In this document: piece by piece, positions 20,798-32,000 of the stretch
Layout: each line of letters begins with the position of its first letter
How positions within the stretch are numbered: the stretch's first letter is position 1
Source: Pasteurella multocida
Lineage (GTDB): Bacteria; Pseudomonadota; Gammaproteobacteria; Enterobacterales; Pasteurellaceae
Direction: 5' to 3'
Length of the DNA stretch: 32,000 bases
Assembly (NCBI RefSeq): GCF_900187275.1
Contig: NZ_LT906458.1
Span: 300,001-332,000, forward strand
The notes under the pieces: model-generated
Databases searched by the model: none
What the model was told of the DNA's origin: nothing
What the model saw: the letters and a program-made list of their open reading frames with translations, nothing else
Translations under genes and position numbers: made by a program

Positions 20798-20814
20798 TAC
20801 TGGTCGAACGATCA
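20798..20814. promoter_or_regulatory. Candidate FadR binding site upstream of fabB
   Basis: TACTGGTCGAACGATCA against AACTGGTCCGACCAGTT: about 10/17, with an intact ACTGGTC half-site. Confidence 0.45.
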
Positions 20815-20899
20815 AATTAGCACTTGAAATGTTAACGTTTGCTCGTTATTTTATCGACCATATTTTTCACAATTTTGAATAATTGATAAGGAATACTCC

Positions 20900-22120
20900 A
20901 TGAAAAGAGCGGTTATTACTGGGTTTGGTATTATTTCGAGTATTGGCAACAATAAAGACGAAGTATTAGCATCGTTAAAAGCTGGAAAATCAGGTATCGA
21001 AGTGATGCCCGAGTTTGTTGAGATTGGCATGCGTAGTCATGTGGCCGGCACGGTTAAATTAAATCCAAGTGAGCTGATTGATCGTAAAGTATATCGTTTT
21101 ATGGGGGATGCGGCAGCTTATGCTTATCTTTCGATGAAAGAGGCGATTGAAGATGCAGGTTTGACAGAAGATCAAGTATCGAACGATCGTACTGGTTTGG
21201 TGATTGGTGCGGGAACCGGTTCAGCCCATAACCAATTAATCGCCTGTGATGCGGTGCGTGGTCCTCGTGGTGTGAAAGCGGTAGGACCTTATGCGGTCAC
21301 CAAAACAATGGCATCCAGTGTTTCAGCTTGTTTAGCAACACCTTACAAAATTCGTGGTGTGAACTACAGTATTAGTTCAGCTTGTGCAACATCAGCCCAT
21401 TGTATTGGTCATGCGCTTGAGTTAATTCAATTAGGTAAACAAGATATTGTGTTTGCGGGTGGTGCAGAAGAATTGTCTTGGGAATGTGCAACTGAGTTTG
21501 ATGCGATGGGTGCGGTATCGACAAAATACAACGATACCCCAGAAAAAGCGTCACGCGCTTATGATGCGAACCGCGATGGTTTCGTCATCGCAGGTGGTGG
21601 TGCAGTGGTTGTCGTTGAAGAATTAGAGCATGCTCTTGCACGTGGTGCGAAAATTTATGCTGAAATCGTCGGCTATGGCGCTACATCAGACGGTTATGAC
21701 ATGGTGGCGCCAAGTGGTGAAGGCGCGGAGCGTTGTATGAGACAAGCCATGGCGACGGTTGATACACCAATTGATTACATTAACGTCCATGGTACTTCTA
21801 CACCAGTAGGAGATGTGAAAGAGTTAGGTGCGATTAAAAATGTTTTTGGTGATAAAGTGCCAGCTATCTCATCAACGAAATCGATGACCGGTCACTCTTT
21901 AGGTGCAGCGGGTGCGCACGAAGCGATTTACACGTTATTAATGTTAGACAATGATTTTATTGCGCCAAGTATCAATATCGAAACTCTCGATGAGAATGCA
22001 AAAGGCTGTAACATTGTGACCGAAACTGTTGAAAATGCCGGCTTGAAAACTGTGATGTCAAATAGCTTTGGTTTTGGTGGAACAAACGCAGCGTTAATTT
22101 TCAAAAAGTATCAAGCATAA
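20900..22120 (+). CDS. fabB: 3-oxoacyl-[acyl-carrier-protein] synthase I
   Basis: [19 protein letters not shown]..., active-site [44 protein letters not shown]. Confidence 0.98.
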   Translation: MKRAVITGFGIISSIGNNKDEVLASLKAGKSGIEVMPEFVEIGMRSHVAGTVKLNPSELIDRKVYRFMGDAAAYAYLSMKEAIEDAGLTEDQVSNDRTGLVIGAGTGSAHNQLIACDAVRGPRGVKAVGPYAVTKTMASSVSACLATPYKIRGVNYSISSACATSAHCIGHALELIQLGKQDIVFAGGAEELSWECATEFDAMGAVSTKYNDTPEKASRAYDANRDGFVIAGGGAVVVVEELEHALARGAKIYAEIVGYGATSDGYDMVAPSGEGAERCMRQAMATVDTPIDYINVHGTSTPVGDVKELGAIKNVFGDKVPAISSTKSMTGHSLGAAGAHEAIYTLLMLDNDFIAPSINIETLDENAKGCNIVTETVENAGLKTVMSNSFGFGGTNAALIFKKYQA

Positions 22121-22148
22121 TGGCGTAAAATGACTTGAGATTTAAAGG

Positions 22149-22187
22149 AAAGCGGTGAGTCTTTTATAGCGTCACCGCTTTTTTTAG
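22149..22187 (+). terminator. fabB terminator
   Basis: AAAGCGGTGA/TCACCGCTTT 10-bp stem (22149-22158/22172-22181) followed by a T run. Confidence 0.88.
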
Positions 22188-22200
22188 GTTAGTAGATGAT

Positions 22201-22233
22201 GGACATTGTTCTGTATTAAATCAAACAATGTCC
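22201..22233. repeat. Inverted repeat GGACATTGTT-N13-AACAATGTCC in the fabB/cmoB intergenic region
   Basis: Perfect 10-bp arms at 22201-22210 and 22224-22233, no adjoining T run. Confidence 0.8.
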
Positions 22234-22252
22234 GTGCAAAGCGTTTTTTGCT

Positions 22253-23218
22253 TTATTTGTTTGCTAATATTACGGCTCTGGTCGGGGCTTGGTAACCCTC
22301 AATCGTTTTTGTATGATCGCAAGGATCTAGGAAATCAATCAAGGATTCGTTCTCTAACCAGTCGGTTTTACGCTGTTCTGCCAAACTCGTTGGGGCGACA
22401 TCTACACAACGCACGTTTTTAAAGCCGACTTTTTCCAACCAGTTAATCAAGGCGGGTACAGACGGGATAAAATACACGTTTTTCATTTTGGCATAGCGAT
22501 CTGCGGGTACTAAAACCGTGTTGATATCACCGTCTACCACTAAAGTTTCTAGTACCAATTCCCCGCCTCTTATCAGCTGGTTTTTTAATTGGTTTAAATG
22601 ATCTAATGGTGATTTACGATGATAAAGCACGCCCATAGAGAAAACCGTATCAAAGGCTGCTAACGGTTGCATTTGTTCAATGCCTAAGGGAATCAAATTA
22701 GCACGGCGATCATTGTTTAACAGTTTACGTACGGCTTCAAATTGACATAAAAATAATTCGGTTGGGTCAATGCCGACCACCATTTTTGCCCCTTCACCGA
22801 CCATGCGCCACATATGATAACCGCTACCACAGCCCACATCTAAAATCGTGCGATCTTTCAGGGGGGCGAGGTGGGGCAGTACGCGATCCCATTTGAAATC
22901 AGAACGCCACTCACAATCGATGTGAATCCCGTGCAAATGATAAGGTCCCTTACGCCAAGGCATCAGCTGTTTGAGGTGATACACCAAACGTTGTTGCTCA
23001 CCAGCAGACAACGGCGAAACACTCTCAGATTTGACCGCACTTTTCAGATCAATATGATCCGCGTCTAAGTGCGGTAAAAAATCCACAATTTTTGCCCATT
23101 TCGCATAATCACCGTGGGTTTGTTTTTCCCACTGTTTTAATTGCAGGGGAAGGGTTTCAAGCCACGCGGATAAATGAGTGGTGGCAATGTGTTGATAAAA
23201 AGGACGAAAGTCAATCAT
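22253..23218 (-). CDS. cmoB: tRNA U34 carboxymethyltransferase CmoB
   Basis: [55 protein letters not shown]. Confidence 0.97.
   Translation of the reverse strand: MIDFRPFYQHIATTHLSAWLETLPLQLKQWEKQTHGDYAKWAKIVDFLPHLDADHIDLKSAVKSESVSPLSAGEQQRLVYHLKQLMPWRKGPYHLHGIHIDCEWRSDFKWDRVLPHLAPLKDRTILDVGCGSGYHMWRMVGEGAKMVVGIDPTELFLCQFEAVRKLLNNDRRANLIPLGIEQMQPLAAFDTVFSMGVLYHRKSPLDHLNQLKNQLIRGGELVLETLVVDGDINTVLVPADRYAKMKNVYFIPSVPALINWLEKVGFKNVRCVDVAPTSLAEQRKTDWLENESLIDFLDPCDHTKTIEGYQAPTRAVILANK
23034..23042 (-). repeat. DNA uptake signal sequence core (inside cmoB)
   Basis: ACCGCACTT exact match. Confidence 0.8.
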
Positions 23219-24729
23219 AGTGCGTTTTTATAAGCCTTTTGCGCTTGTTCAAAAGTGTCAACAATTTGTGCTTCTGGTTTGGCAGAGAGCAATGAAGTGG
23301 TGATAATCACCAAACTTGCTAAAGTAAAGCCGGGGATCATTTCATACAACTGGTGTAATTCAGAACCGATTGGTGTCCAGCTTTTCCAACCAAAGACGAC
23401 GATAGCTCCAGTTAGCATGCCGAGCAATGCTGCCGAAGAAGTCATGCGTTTCCAGAATAAAGAAAATAATACAACAGGACCAAATGCACTGCCAAAACCC
23501 GCCCACGCAAATTCCACCAGTTTGAGTACTTTGCTGTGTTCATCTTGCGCAATCCAAATCGCAATCGCAGCAATTGCTAGCACCATGGCACGCCCTAACC
23601 AGACTAATTCTTTTTCAGACGCCGTTGGACGGATAAAACCTTTATAAAAATCTTCGGTAATCGCACTGGAAGAAATCAATAATTGACAACTTAGTGTGCT
23701 CATCACCGCCGCGAGAATGGCGGACAGTAAAATTCCCGCGATCCACGGATTAAAGAGTAATTTGGCTAATTCAATAAATACTTGTTCTGATTCTTTATTG
23801 ACTAAACCTGCCACGGTGGGATTAGCATAGAAATAGGCAATACCAAAAAAGCCAATGCCCATTGCTCCGACTAAACAGAGAATCATCCAAGTCATGCTGA
23901 TTCTACGTGCTTTGTTTAAGGATTTCACCGAATCCGCTGCCATAAAGCGCGCTAGAATGTGCGGTTGACCAAAATAACCTAACCCCCAAGCCGCTAAACT
24001 GAGTAAACCTAGCGGTGTCGTGCCACTGAAAATATCGGTAAAGTCTTTATGAGCTTGGCTTTCCGCTTGTGCGAGCACCACGTTAAATTGACTTAATCCT
24101 TCTAGGCTAATTAACACAAACACGGGTGTTAGAATCAAGGCGAAAATCATTAATGTGGCTTGAATAGTGTCTGTCCAACTCACGGCTAAAAAGCCACCAA
24201 TAAAGGTGTAAGCAATGGTGGCTAAAGCACCGTACCAAAGTGCAGTCGCATAATCTACAGAAAAGAGATTTTGGAACAGTTTTGCCCCTGCGACGACGCC
24301 TGAGGCACAGTAAATAGTAAAGAAGACCAAAATGATACTGGCGGACACAATTTTTAGGAGATTATGTGACGTACCGAAACGGTGGTGAAAATATTCAGGT
24401 AAAGTCAGCGCATTTTGGTTAAATTCAGTGTAAATACGTAAACGTCCTGCCACAAATAACCAATTCAGATAAGCCCCGATAGTTAAGCCAATGGCTATCC
24501 AACCTTCAATTAAGCCAGACAGGTAAATCGCACCGGGTAAACCCATTAACAGCCAGCCCGACATATCGGAGGCACCGGCTGACATGGCGGTTACAAAACT
24601 GCCTAAACGACGTCCCCCTAAAATGTAATCTGATAAATTATTAGTATAACGATAGGCGAATAAGCCAATCAGCAACATGCCAAAAATATAAATCGTAAAT
24701 GTAATAAGTGTTGGATCCAATCCAAACAT
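23215..24729 (-). CDS. putP: Sodium/proline symporter PutP
   Basis: SSS family: [39 protein letters not shown]; WDRV-like [16 protein letters not shown]. Confidence 0.94.
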   Translation of the reverse strand: MFGLDPTLITFTIYIFGMLLIGLFAYRYTNNLSDYILGGRRLGSFVTAMSAGASDMSGWLLMGLPGAIYLSGLIEGWIAIGLTIGAYLNWLFVAGRLRIYTEFNQNALTLPEYFHHRFGTSHNLLKIVSASIILVFFTIYCASGVVAGAKLFQNLFSVDYATALWYGALATIAYTFIGGFLAVSWTDTIQATLMIFALILTPVFVLISLEGLSQFNVVLAQAESQAHKDFTDIFSGTTPLGLLSLAAWGLGYFGQPHILARFMAADSVKSLNKARRISMTWMILCLVGAMGIGFFGIAYFYANPTVAGLVNKESEQVFIELAKLLFNPWIAGILLSAILAAVMSTLSCQLLISSSAITEDFYKGFIRPTASEKELVWLGRAMVLAIAAIAIWIAQDEHSKVLKLVEFAWAGFGSAFGPVVLFSLFWKRMTSSAALLGMLTGAIVVFGWKSWTPIGSELHQLYEMIPGFTLASLVIITTSLLSAKPEAQIVDTFEQAQKAYKNAL

Positions 24730-24883
24730 GATGACCTCTCAAACATCTAAAAGTATGATTTTTCTCAGCCAAAATTTGAGAAAGCTCACATTTTACCTTA
24801 TTTAGCACTATTATTCTATTTCCCTTTTCGTTAGACTAACTGGCAATTGAATGTCTTGAAAAATGATGATGTTAGGTAGAAGT

Positions 24884-26359
24884 ATGGATTCTGTTGAGCT
24901 GTTAGTGAATGTCACACCGAGTGAAACACGGATTGCCTTAGTCGATATGGGGATCTTAAAAGAGGTGCATATTGAGCGTCAGGCGAAACGTGGTATTGTG
25001 GGTAATATTTATAAAGGGCGTGTTACAAGAGTATTGCCGGGTATGCAATCGGCATTTGTGGATATTGGTTTAGAAAAAGCCGCTTTTTTGCATGCTTCAG
25101 ATATTGTTTCGCACACTGAATGTGTGGAAGAAAGCGAGCAAAAGCAGTTTGTGGTGAAAGACATTGCGGAACTGGTACGCGAAGGACAAGATATTGTAGT
25201 ACAAGTGGTGAAAGATCCTTTAGGAACCAAAGGGGCACGGTTAACCACAGATATCACTTTGCCTTCACGTTACTTAGTGTTTATGCCTGAAAATAGCCAT
25301 GTAGGGGTATCACAACGGATTGAAAGTGAAGAAGAACGCGCCAGATTAAAAGAGTTAGTCCTGCCGCTTTGTGATGAACTTGGTGGTTTTATTATCCGTA
25401 CCGCAGCCGATGGTGCAACAGAAGAAGAACTTAAACAAGATGCGGATTTTTTAAAACGTTTATGGCGTAAGGTCTTAGAACGTCGGGCAAAATACCCAAC
25501 AAAATCCATGTTATATGGTGAGCTTGCGTTAACCCAACGCATTTTACGTGATTTTATCGGGGCGGGATTAGAAAAAATTCGTATTGACTCGAAATTATGT
25601 TTTACGGAAGTGAAGCAATTTACTGAGGAATTTATGCCGACGTTGGTGGATAAGTTGGTGTTGTATTCGGGGAATCAGCCTTTGTTTGATGTGTATGGCG
25701 TGGAGGCAGCGATTCAAACCGCGTTAAATAAACGGGTTAATTTGAAATCTGGTGGCTATTTAATCATTGAGCAAACTGAAGCCATGACCACTATTGATAT
25801 TAATACGGGGGCATTTGTAGGGCATCGTAACCTCGAGGAAACTATTTTTAATACCAATATTGAAGCGACAAAAGCCATTGCCCAGCAGCTTCAATTACGT
25901 AATCTCGGAGGGATTATCATTATTGATTTTATTGATATGCAAACCGATGATCACCGTGTTCGTGTATTAGAATCCCTGCAAGAAGCACTCTCTAAAGACC
26001 GTGTCAAAACGAGCGTAAATGGCTTTACACAATTAGGTTTGGTAGAAATGACGCGTAAACGAACACGTGAAAGTTTAGAACATGTGTTATGTGGCGATTG
26101 CCCTGCTTGTGAGGGACGTGGACGTATCAAAACAGTGGAAACCGTCTGCTACGAAATTATGCGTGAGATTATTCGTGTACACCATTTATTTGCCAGTGAG
26201 CAATTTGTGGTCTATGCCTCAAGGGCTGTGGCAGATTATCTCATCAATGAAGAATCGCATGGGTTATTAGCTGAGTTAGAAGTCTTTATCGGCAAGCAAG
26301 TTCAAATCAAAACAGAAGTGTATTATAACCAAGAGCAGTTTGATGTAGTGGTGATGTAA
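24884..26359 (+). CDS. rng: Ribonuclease G
   Basis: S1-like domain RGIVGNIYKGRVTRVLPGMQSAFVDIGLEKAAFLHASDI; MTTIDINTGAFVG catalytic motif; CPACEGRG. ORF opens at 24863. Confidence 0.95.
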   Translation: MDSVELLVNVTPSETRIALVDMGILKEVHIERQAKRGIVGNIYKGRVTRVLPGMQSAFVDIGLEKAAFLHASDIVSHTECVEESEQKQFVVKDIAELVREGQDIVVQVVKDPLGTKGARLTTDITLPSRYLVFMPENSHVGVSQRIESEEERARLKELVLPLCDELGGFIIRTAADGATEEELKQDADFLKRLWRKVLERRAKYPTKSMLYGELALTQRILRDFIGAGLEKIRIDSKLCFTEVKQFTEEFMPTLVDKLVLYSGNQPLFDVYGVEAAIQTALNKRVNLKSGGYLIIEQTEAMTTIDINTGAFVGHRNLEETIFNTNIEATKAIAQQLQLRNLGGIIIIDFIDMQTDDHRVRVLESLQEALSKDRVKTSVNGFTQLGLVEMTRKRTRESLEHVLCGDCPACEGRGRIKTVETVCYEIMREIIRVHHLFASEQFVVYASRAVADYLINEESHGLLAELEVFIGKQVQIKTEVYYNQEQFDVVVM

Positions 26360-26362
26360 TGA

Positions 26363-26398
26363 AAAAGGAGCAAGGGCAGACTTGCTCCTTTTGCTTTT
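26363..26398 (+). terminator. rng terminator
   Basis: Perfect 12-bp stem AAAAGGAGCAAG-GGCAGA-CTTGCTCCTTTT. Confidence 0.9.
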
Positions 26399-26406
26399 GG
26401 GTATAA

Positions 26407-26415
26407 AAGTGCGGT
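26407..26415 (+). repeat. DNA uptake signal sequence core
   Basis: AAGTGCGGT exact match. Confidence 0.8.
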
Positions 26416-26557
26416 CATTTTTAAAAAAGTTTCGCTAAGCCAAGCACTTTCGTCTTTCCTTTCGCTTTGCACACTGCTTGTACATTTCCTTGCTTTCCTC
26501 CTGGTCAAAAATAACATAAAATACCCGCCACTTTTTGTTTATTTGAATGCATAATTT

Positions 26558-28006
26558 ATGATTAATACTGTTAGTAATACCTTGCTCACGCCAAGCAATT
26601 TAACCCTCAATGACTTGCAAAATACCTTTGATTTGCTTTCGCACCGTCAGATTGATTATGCGGATCTCTATTTTCAATTAAGCCAAGATGAAAACTGGGT
26701 GTTAGAAGATGGGATTATCAAAGAAGGTGGATTCCATATTGATCGTGGTGTTGGTGTGCGGGCGGTGAGTGGCGAAAAAACAGGATTTGCCTATTCTGAC
26801 CAAATTGATTTAGTGAGTATCCAACAATGTGCTGATGCAGTGAAAGGGATTGCGCAGAGCAAACAAGGTAACCGCATTGTGCCACAAGGCTTCCATCAAG
26901 TTGATCCTATTTTGCGTTATCAGGCAATTAATCCATTAAACAGTTTAAGTAAAGAAAAGAAAATTGCGTTGTTGTATTTGGTGGATAAAATCGCACGCGC
27001 GGAAGATCCCCGAGTGACGCGTGTTTCTGCCAGTTTAAGCGCGGTGTATGAAGAAGTGCTGATAGTGGCTACTGACGGTACCTTAGCGGCAGATATTCGT
27101 CCTTTAGTACGTTTATCGATTTCAGTGCTGGTGGAACAAGACGGTAAACGTGAAAGAGGCAGTGCTGGCGCAGGTGGTCGTTTTGGCTTAGATTGGTTCT
27201 TAGCGACTGAAAGTGGTGAAGTGCGTGCAGTATATTTCGCGAAAGAAGCGGTGCGCCAAGCGTTGGTGAATTTAAGTGCGATTGCTGCACCGGCGGGCAT
27301 GATGCCAGTAGTGTTAGGCGCTGGTTGGCCTGGCGTGTTATTGCATGAAGCGGTTGGACATGGTTTAGAAGGGGATTTTAACCGTAAAGAAAGTTCGTTA
27401 TTTACTGGTAAAATTGGTGAACTTGTGACTTCGCCACTGTGTACTATTGTGGACGATGGCACGCTACAAGATCGCCGAGGTTCAATTACGGTGGACGATG
27501 AAGGGGTACCGGGTCAATATAACGTGCTAATTAAAGACGGCATTTTACAAGGCTATATGCAAGATAAAATGAATGCGCGCTTAATGGGCGTTGCACCAAC
27601 AGGTAACGGGCGTCGTGAATCCTATGCTCATTTGCCGATGCCACGAATGACCAACACCTATATGCTAGCAGGACAAAGCCAATTTGATGATCTGATCGCT
27701 TCCGTGGATCGTGGGATTTTTGCACCGCACTTTGGCGGTGGACAAGTGGACATTACCTCCGGCAAATTTGTGTTCTCCACCTCTGAAGCCTATTTAATTG
27801 AAAATGGTAAAATTACCAAGCCAGTAAAAGGGGCAACGTTGATTGGAAGTGGGATTGAAGTCATGCAAAACATTTCCATGGTGGCGGATAAGGTCGAAAT
27901 TGATCATGGTGTGGGCGTTTGCGGGAAAGAGGGACAAAGTGTGCCTGTCGGTGTAGGACAACCGGCGTTGAAGATCGATAAAATTACGGTGGGTGGCACA
28001 AATTAA
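26558..28006 (+). CDS. tldD: Metalloprotease TldD
   Basis: [28 protein letters not shown] metalloprotease HExxxH motif; TldD/PmbA family. Confidence 0.97.
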   Translation: MINTVSNTLLTPSNLTLNDLQNTFDLLSHRQIDYADLYFQLSQDENWVLEDGIIKEGGFHIDRGVGVRAVSGEKTGFAYSDQIDLVSIQQCADAVKGIAQSKQGNRIVPQGFHQVDPILRYQAINPLNSLSKEKKIALLYLVDKIARAEDPRVTRVSASLSAVYEEVLIVATDGTLAADIRPLVRLSISVLVEQDGKRERGSAGAGGRFGLDWFLATESGEVRAVYFAKEAVRQALVNLSAIAAPAGMMPVVLGAGWPGVLLHEAVGHGLEGDFNRKESSLFTGKIGELVTSPLCTIVDDGTLQDRRGSITVDDEGVPGQYNVLIKDGILQGYMQDKMNARLMGVAPTGNGRRESYAHLPMPRMTNTYMLAGQSQFDDLIASVDRGIFAPHFGGGQVDITSGKFVFSTSEAYLIENGKITKPVKGATLIGSGIEVMQNISMVADKVEIDHGVGVCGKEGQSVPVGVGQPALKIDKITVGGTN

Positions 28007-28010
28007 TCAA

Positions 28011-28041
28011 AAAAATCCAGATCAAACGGTCTGGATTTTTT
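28011..28041 (+). terminator. tldD terminator
   Basis: 11-bp stem AAAAATCCAGA/TCTGGATTTTT. Confidence 0.88.
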
Positions 28042-28050
28042 AGGCGCATA

Positions 28051-28068
28051 AATGAATATTTATTCATT
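28051..28068. promoter_or_regulatory. ARG box 1 (ArgR operator) upstream of argD
   Basis: AATGAATATTTATTCATT matches consensus WNTGAATWWWWATTCANW at every defined position; sits in a perfect 26-bp palindrome 28047-28072. Confidence 0.88.
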
Positions 28069-28071
28069 TAT

Positions 28072-29331
<1,260 letters not shown>

Positions 29332-29342
29332 AGCCTAAAAAA

Positions 29343-29367
29343 GTGCCGCCATGTTATATGACGGCAC
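29343..29367 (-). terminator. queH terminator
   Basis: Minus-strand GTGCCGTCAT-ATAAC-ATGGCGGCAC followed by TTTTTT. Confidence 0.8.
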
Positions 29368-29386
29368 GATGGTTTACTTGGTTGTT

Positions 29387-30088
29387 TTAATCGGCGGAAT
29401 AATACAATTTGCCAATTTCAATTTTTTGGCGTCCGTTTGCTTCACGCCATTTATTCGTGTCACGCAAAGAATACACACAACCGCAATATTCTTGCTGGTA
29501 AAAACGTTCACGCTTACTGATTTCAATCATACGTTGTGAGCCACCACCTTTACGCCAGTTATAATCCCAATACACTACATCATCATATTTTTCGGCGGCA
29601 CGGTGTCCACAACCGTTGATTTGGTTCATGTCTTTCCAACGTGAAATACCTAAGCAGCTAGTAAATACGGGGAAACCATTGTTGTGTGCATATTCTGCGG
29701 CTTTTTCAAAACGCATATCAAAGCACATAGTGCAACGAATACCACGCTCTGGCTCATCTTCCATGCCTTTGGCACGGTCAAACCATTCTTGACGATCATA
29801 ATCGGCATCAATAAACGGAATGCCCCATTTTTCCGCAAAACGAATATTTTCTTCTTTACGAATGAGATATTCTTTTAATGGGTGAATGTTTGGGTTGTAG
29901 AAGTAAATAGTAAATTCAATACCTGAAGCATGAATTGCCTCCATTACTTCTCCCGAGCAAGGCGCACAACAAGAATGCAATAACAATTTGTTATGCCCAT
30001 TTGGTAGGGATAATTTTTCGCGTACAAAAGGCGCGTGAGGATCTTTGCCTTTGCGTGTTTTTTTCGTAGGGATGTTTTGTTCTGTCAT
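29387..30088 (-). CDS. queH: Epoxyqueuosine reductase QueH (DUF208)
   Basis: [50 protein letters not shown] cysteine motifs. Confidence 0.93.
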   Translation of the reverse strand: MTEQNIPTKKTRKGKDPHAPFVREKLSLPNGHNKLLLHSCCAPCSGEVMEAIHASGIEFTIYFYNPNIHPLKEYLIRKEENIRFAEKWGIPFIDADYDRQEWFDRAKGMEDEPERGIRCTMCFDMRFEKAAEYAHNNGFPVFTSCLGISRWKDMNQINGCGHRAAEKYDDVVYWDYNWRKGGGSQRMIEISKRERFYQQEYCGCVYSLRDTNKWREANGRQKIEIGKLYYSAD

Positions 30089-30116
30089 TGTCGTGTTTAA
30101 AATTACTAAATAAATG

Positions 30117-30125
30117 ACCGCACTT
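30117..30125 (-). repeat. DNA uptake signal sequence core
   Basis: ACCGCACTT exact match. Confidence 0.8.
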
Positions 30126-30166
30126 TAGGCGGTCGTTACGCTAACATGTCTCGCCTTATTAAGTGG

Positions 30167-31159
30167 TTAATAAGCGCGATCGACGGATAAGTAAGCTAAT
30201 GAAATTAACGCTTGTTTATATTCATTTTCAGGCAATAATGCAATCGCATCAACGGCTTTTTGTGCTTCTTGTTTAGCGCGCATCATCGCATAGTCGAGGG
30301 ATTTATGTTCTGTCATAATTGTCAGTACATCCTCTAAAATATCACGCTTACCCCCTTGCTCAATCGCTTCGCGAATCAATTTTGCTTGTGCTGGATTGCC
30401 GTGATGCATGGCGTGTAATAACGGTAATGTTGGTTTACCTTCCGCTAAATCATCACCAATATTTTTGCCGAGTGCTTTTGCATCTGCACTATAATCTAAA
30501 ATATCATCGACTAATTGAAAAGCTGTGCCTAGATAACAACCATATTCGCGTAAAGCATTTTCTTGGGCTTCCGTCGCATGAGCAAGTATCGCGGCGCAAT
30601 GCGTCGCAGCTTCGAATAGACGCGCAGTCTTGCCATAAATGACTTGCATATAGTTTTCTTCCGTCGTATTCGGATCGTTGACATTCATTAATTGTTGCAC
30701 TTCACCTTCTGCAATGACATTGGTTGCATCTGACATCACTTTGAGAATACGTAAAGAATCCAATTGCGTCATTAATTGGAAAGCGCGAGTATAAATAAAA
30801 TCCCCCACTAACACACTTGCCGCATTACCAAATTCCGCGTTAGCTGTGGGATTGCCTCGTCGTAATGCAGATTCATCTACTACATCATCATGTAATAAAG
30901 TCGCGGTATGAATAAATTCAATAAAAGTGGCACAAGTAATCGGTTGTTCACCATGAAATCCCAGTGCACGTGCAGCCAAAATCGCAATCATCGGACGGAT
31001 ACGTTTTCCACCACTTTGGATGATATAATAACCCAATTGATTAATTAACGTGACATCAGAGTTAAGCTGAGCGAGAATTGTTTCATTGGTTTTTTGCATA
31101 TCACGATGAATGAGTTTTTGGATGTCATCAATACTCATTAAATTATGTTGCTTTGTCAT
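30167..31159 (-). CDS. ispB: Octaprenyl diphosphate synthase
   Basis: LLHDDVVDESALRRG and FQLVDDILDYSADAKALGKNIGDDLAEGKPTLPLL aspartate-rich motifs; divergent from rplU as in related genomes. Confidence 0.96.
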   Translation of the reverse strand: MTKQHNLMSIDDIQKLIHRDMQKTNETILAQLNSDVTLINQLGYYIIQSGGKRIRPMIAILAARALGFHGEQPITCATFIEFIHTATLLHDDVVDESALRRGNPTANAEFGNAASVLVGDFIYTRAFQLMTQLDSLRILKVMSDATNVIAEGEVQQLMNVNDPNTTEENYMQVIYGKTARLFEAATHCAAILAHATEAQENALREYGCYLGTAFQLVDDILDYSADAKALGKNIGDDLAEGKPTLPLLHAMHHGNPAQAKLIREAIEQGGKRDILEDVLTIMTEHKSLDYAMMRAKQEAQKAVDAIALLPENEYKQALISLAYLSVDRAY

Positions 31160-31273
31160 TTGTAATAATGGATTTTTAGACTGAATGTGAAAGGGATTGT
31201 ACCCAATTTTCTGCGATTTCTGAAATTAAATCACACAAAATCATAATTTTTTTACTTTATTGTAAATAAGCTC

Positions 31274-31302
31274 TTGCTCTTAAGTTATTTTTTGCGTAGA
31301 AT
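31274..31302 (+). promoter_or_regulatory. rplU-rpmA promoter
   Basis: TTGCTC-17 bp-TAGAAT, about 76 bp upstream of rplU. Confidence 0.65.
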
Positions 31303-31377
31303 TTGCGACCTATTTATATGAATTTTTGAAGTGCTAAATGAACAAAAACATGAAAGCACTAGTATAGCGGAGTATAT

Positions 31378-31689
31378 ATGTACGCAGTTTTTCAAAGTGG
31401 CGGTAAACAACACCGAGTAAGCGAAGGACAAGTAGTTCGTTTAGAAAAACTTGAAGTTGCAACTGGTGAAACAGTTGAGTTTGACTCAGTGTTAATGATC
31501 GTTAACGGTGAAGATGTTAAAATTGGTGCCCCAGTTGTTGCTGGTGGTAAAGTGGTGGCAGAAGTTGTTGCACACGGTCGTGGCGATAAAGTAAAAATCG
31601 TTAAGTTCCGTCGTCGTAAACATAGCCGTAAACAACAAGGTCATCGTCAGTGGTTCACAGAAGTGAAAATCACTGGGATTCAAGCATAA
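31378..31689 (+). CDS. rplU: 50S ribosomal protein L21
   Basis: [25 protein letters not shown]...[26 protein letters not shown]. Confidence 0.99.
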   Translation: MYAVFQSGGKQHRVSEGQVVRLEKLEVATGETVEFDSVLMIVNGEDVKIGAPVVAGGKVVAEVVAHGRGDKVKIVKFRRRKHSRKQQGHRQWFTEVKITGIQA

Positions 31690-31709
31690 TTTCAGAGGAG
31701 ATCAAGTAG

Positions 31710-31967
<258 letters not shown>

Positions 31968-32000
31968 TTTCAAATTTAGAAATAGAAAAACGCCTCGCAC

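Overview
This 32 kb window looks like conserved Pasteurellaceae chromosome. Gene order, protein sequences and repeated AAGTGCGGT uptake signals fit Pasteurella multocida or a close relative. Left to right it holds: the 3' end of iscS, iscU-iscA-hscB-hscA-fdx; slt-trpR-mtgA (minus); yciC-yciB-yciA-yciI (minus); ompW; nadK and recN (minus); grpE; a TcyP-type cystine/dicarboxylate symporter; a frameshifted TonB-dependent haemoglobin receptor (HgbA/HgbB type); mnmC; fabB; putP-cmoB (minus); rng; tldD; argD; queH; ispB; and rplU-rpmA. I found no rRNA/tRNA genes, CRISPR arrays, insertion sequences or prophage, and nothing that makes a convincing case for a new multi-gene system. The items most worth a second look are: the 2-way frame break in the haemoglobin receptor with an upstream Fur-like site; a perfect LexA box upstream of recN; a perfect ARG box (plus a degenerate partner 3 bp away) overlapping an argD promoter; an FNR-like site at ompW; a FadR-like site at fabB; an iscU/iscA intra-operon hairpin; a possible 19-aa micro-ORF between iscS and iscU; a UGA-interrupted small frame between rng and tldD; and an unexplained 10-bp inverted repeat between fabB and cmoB.
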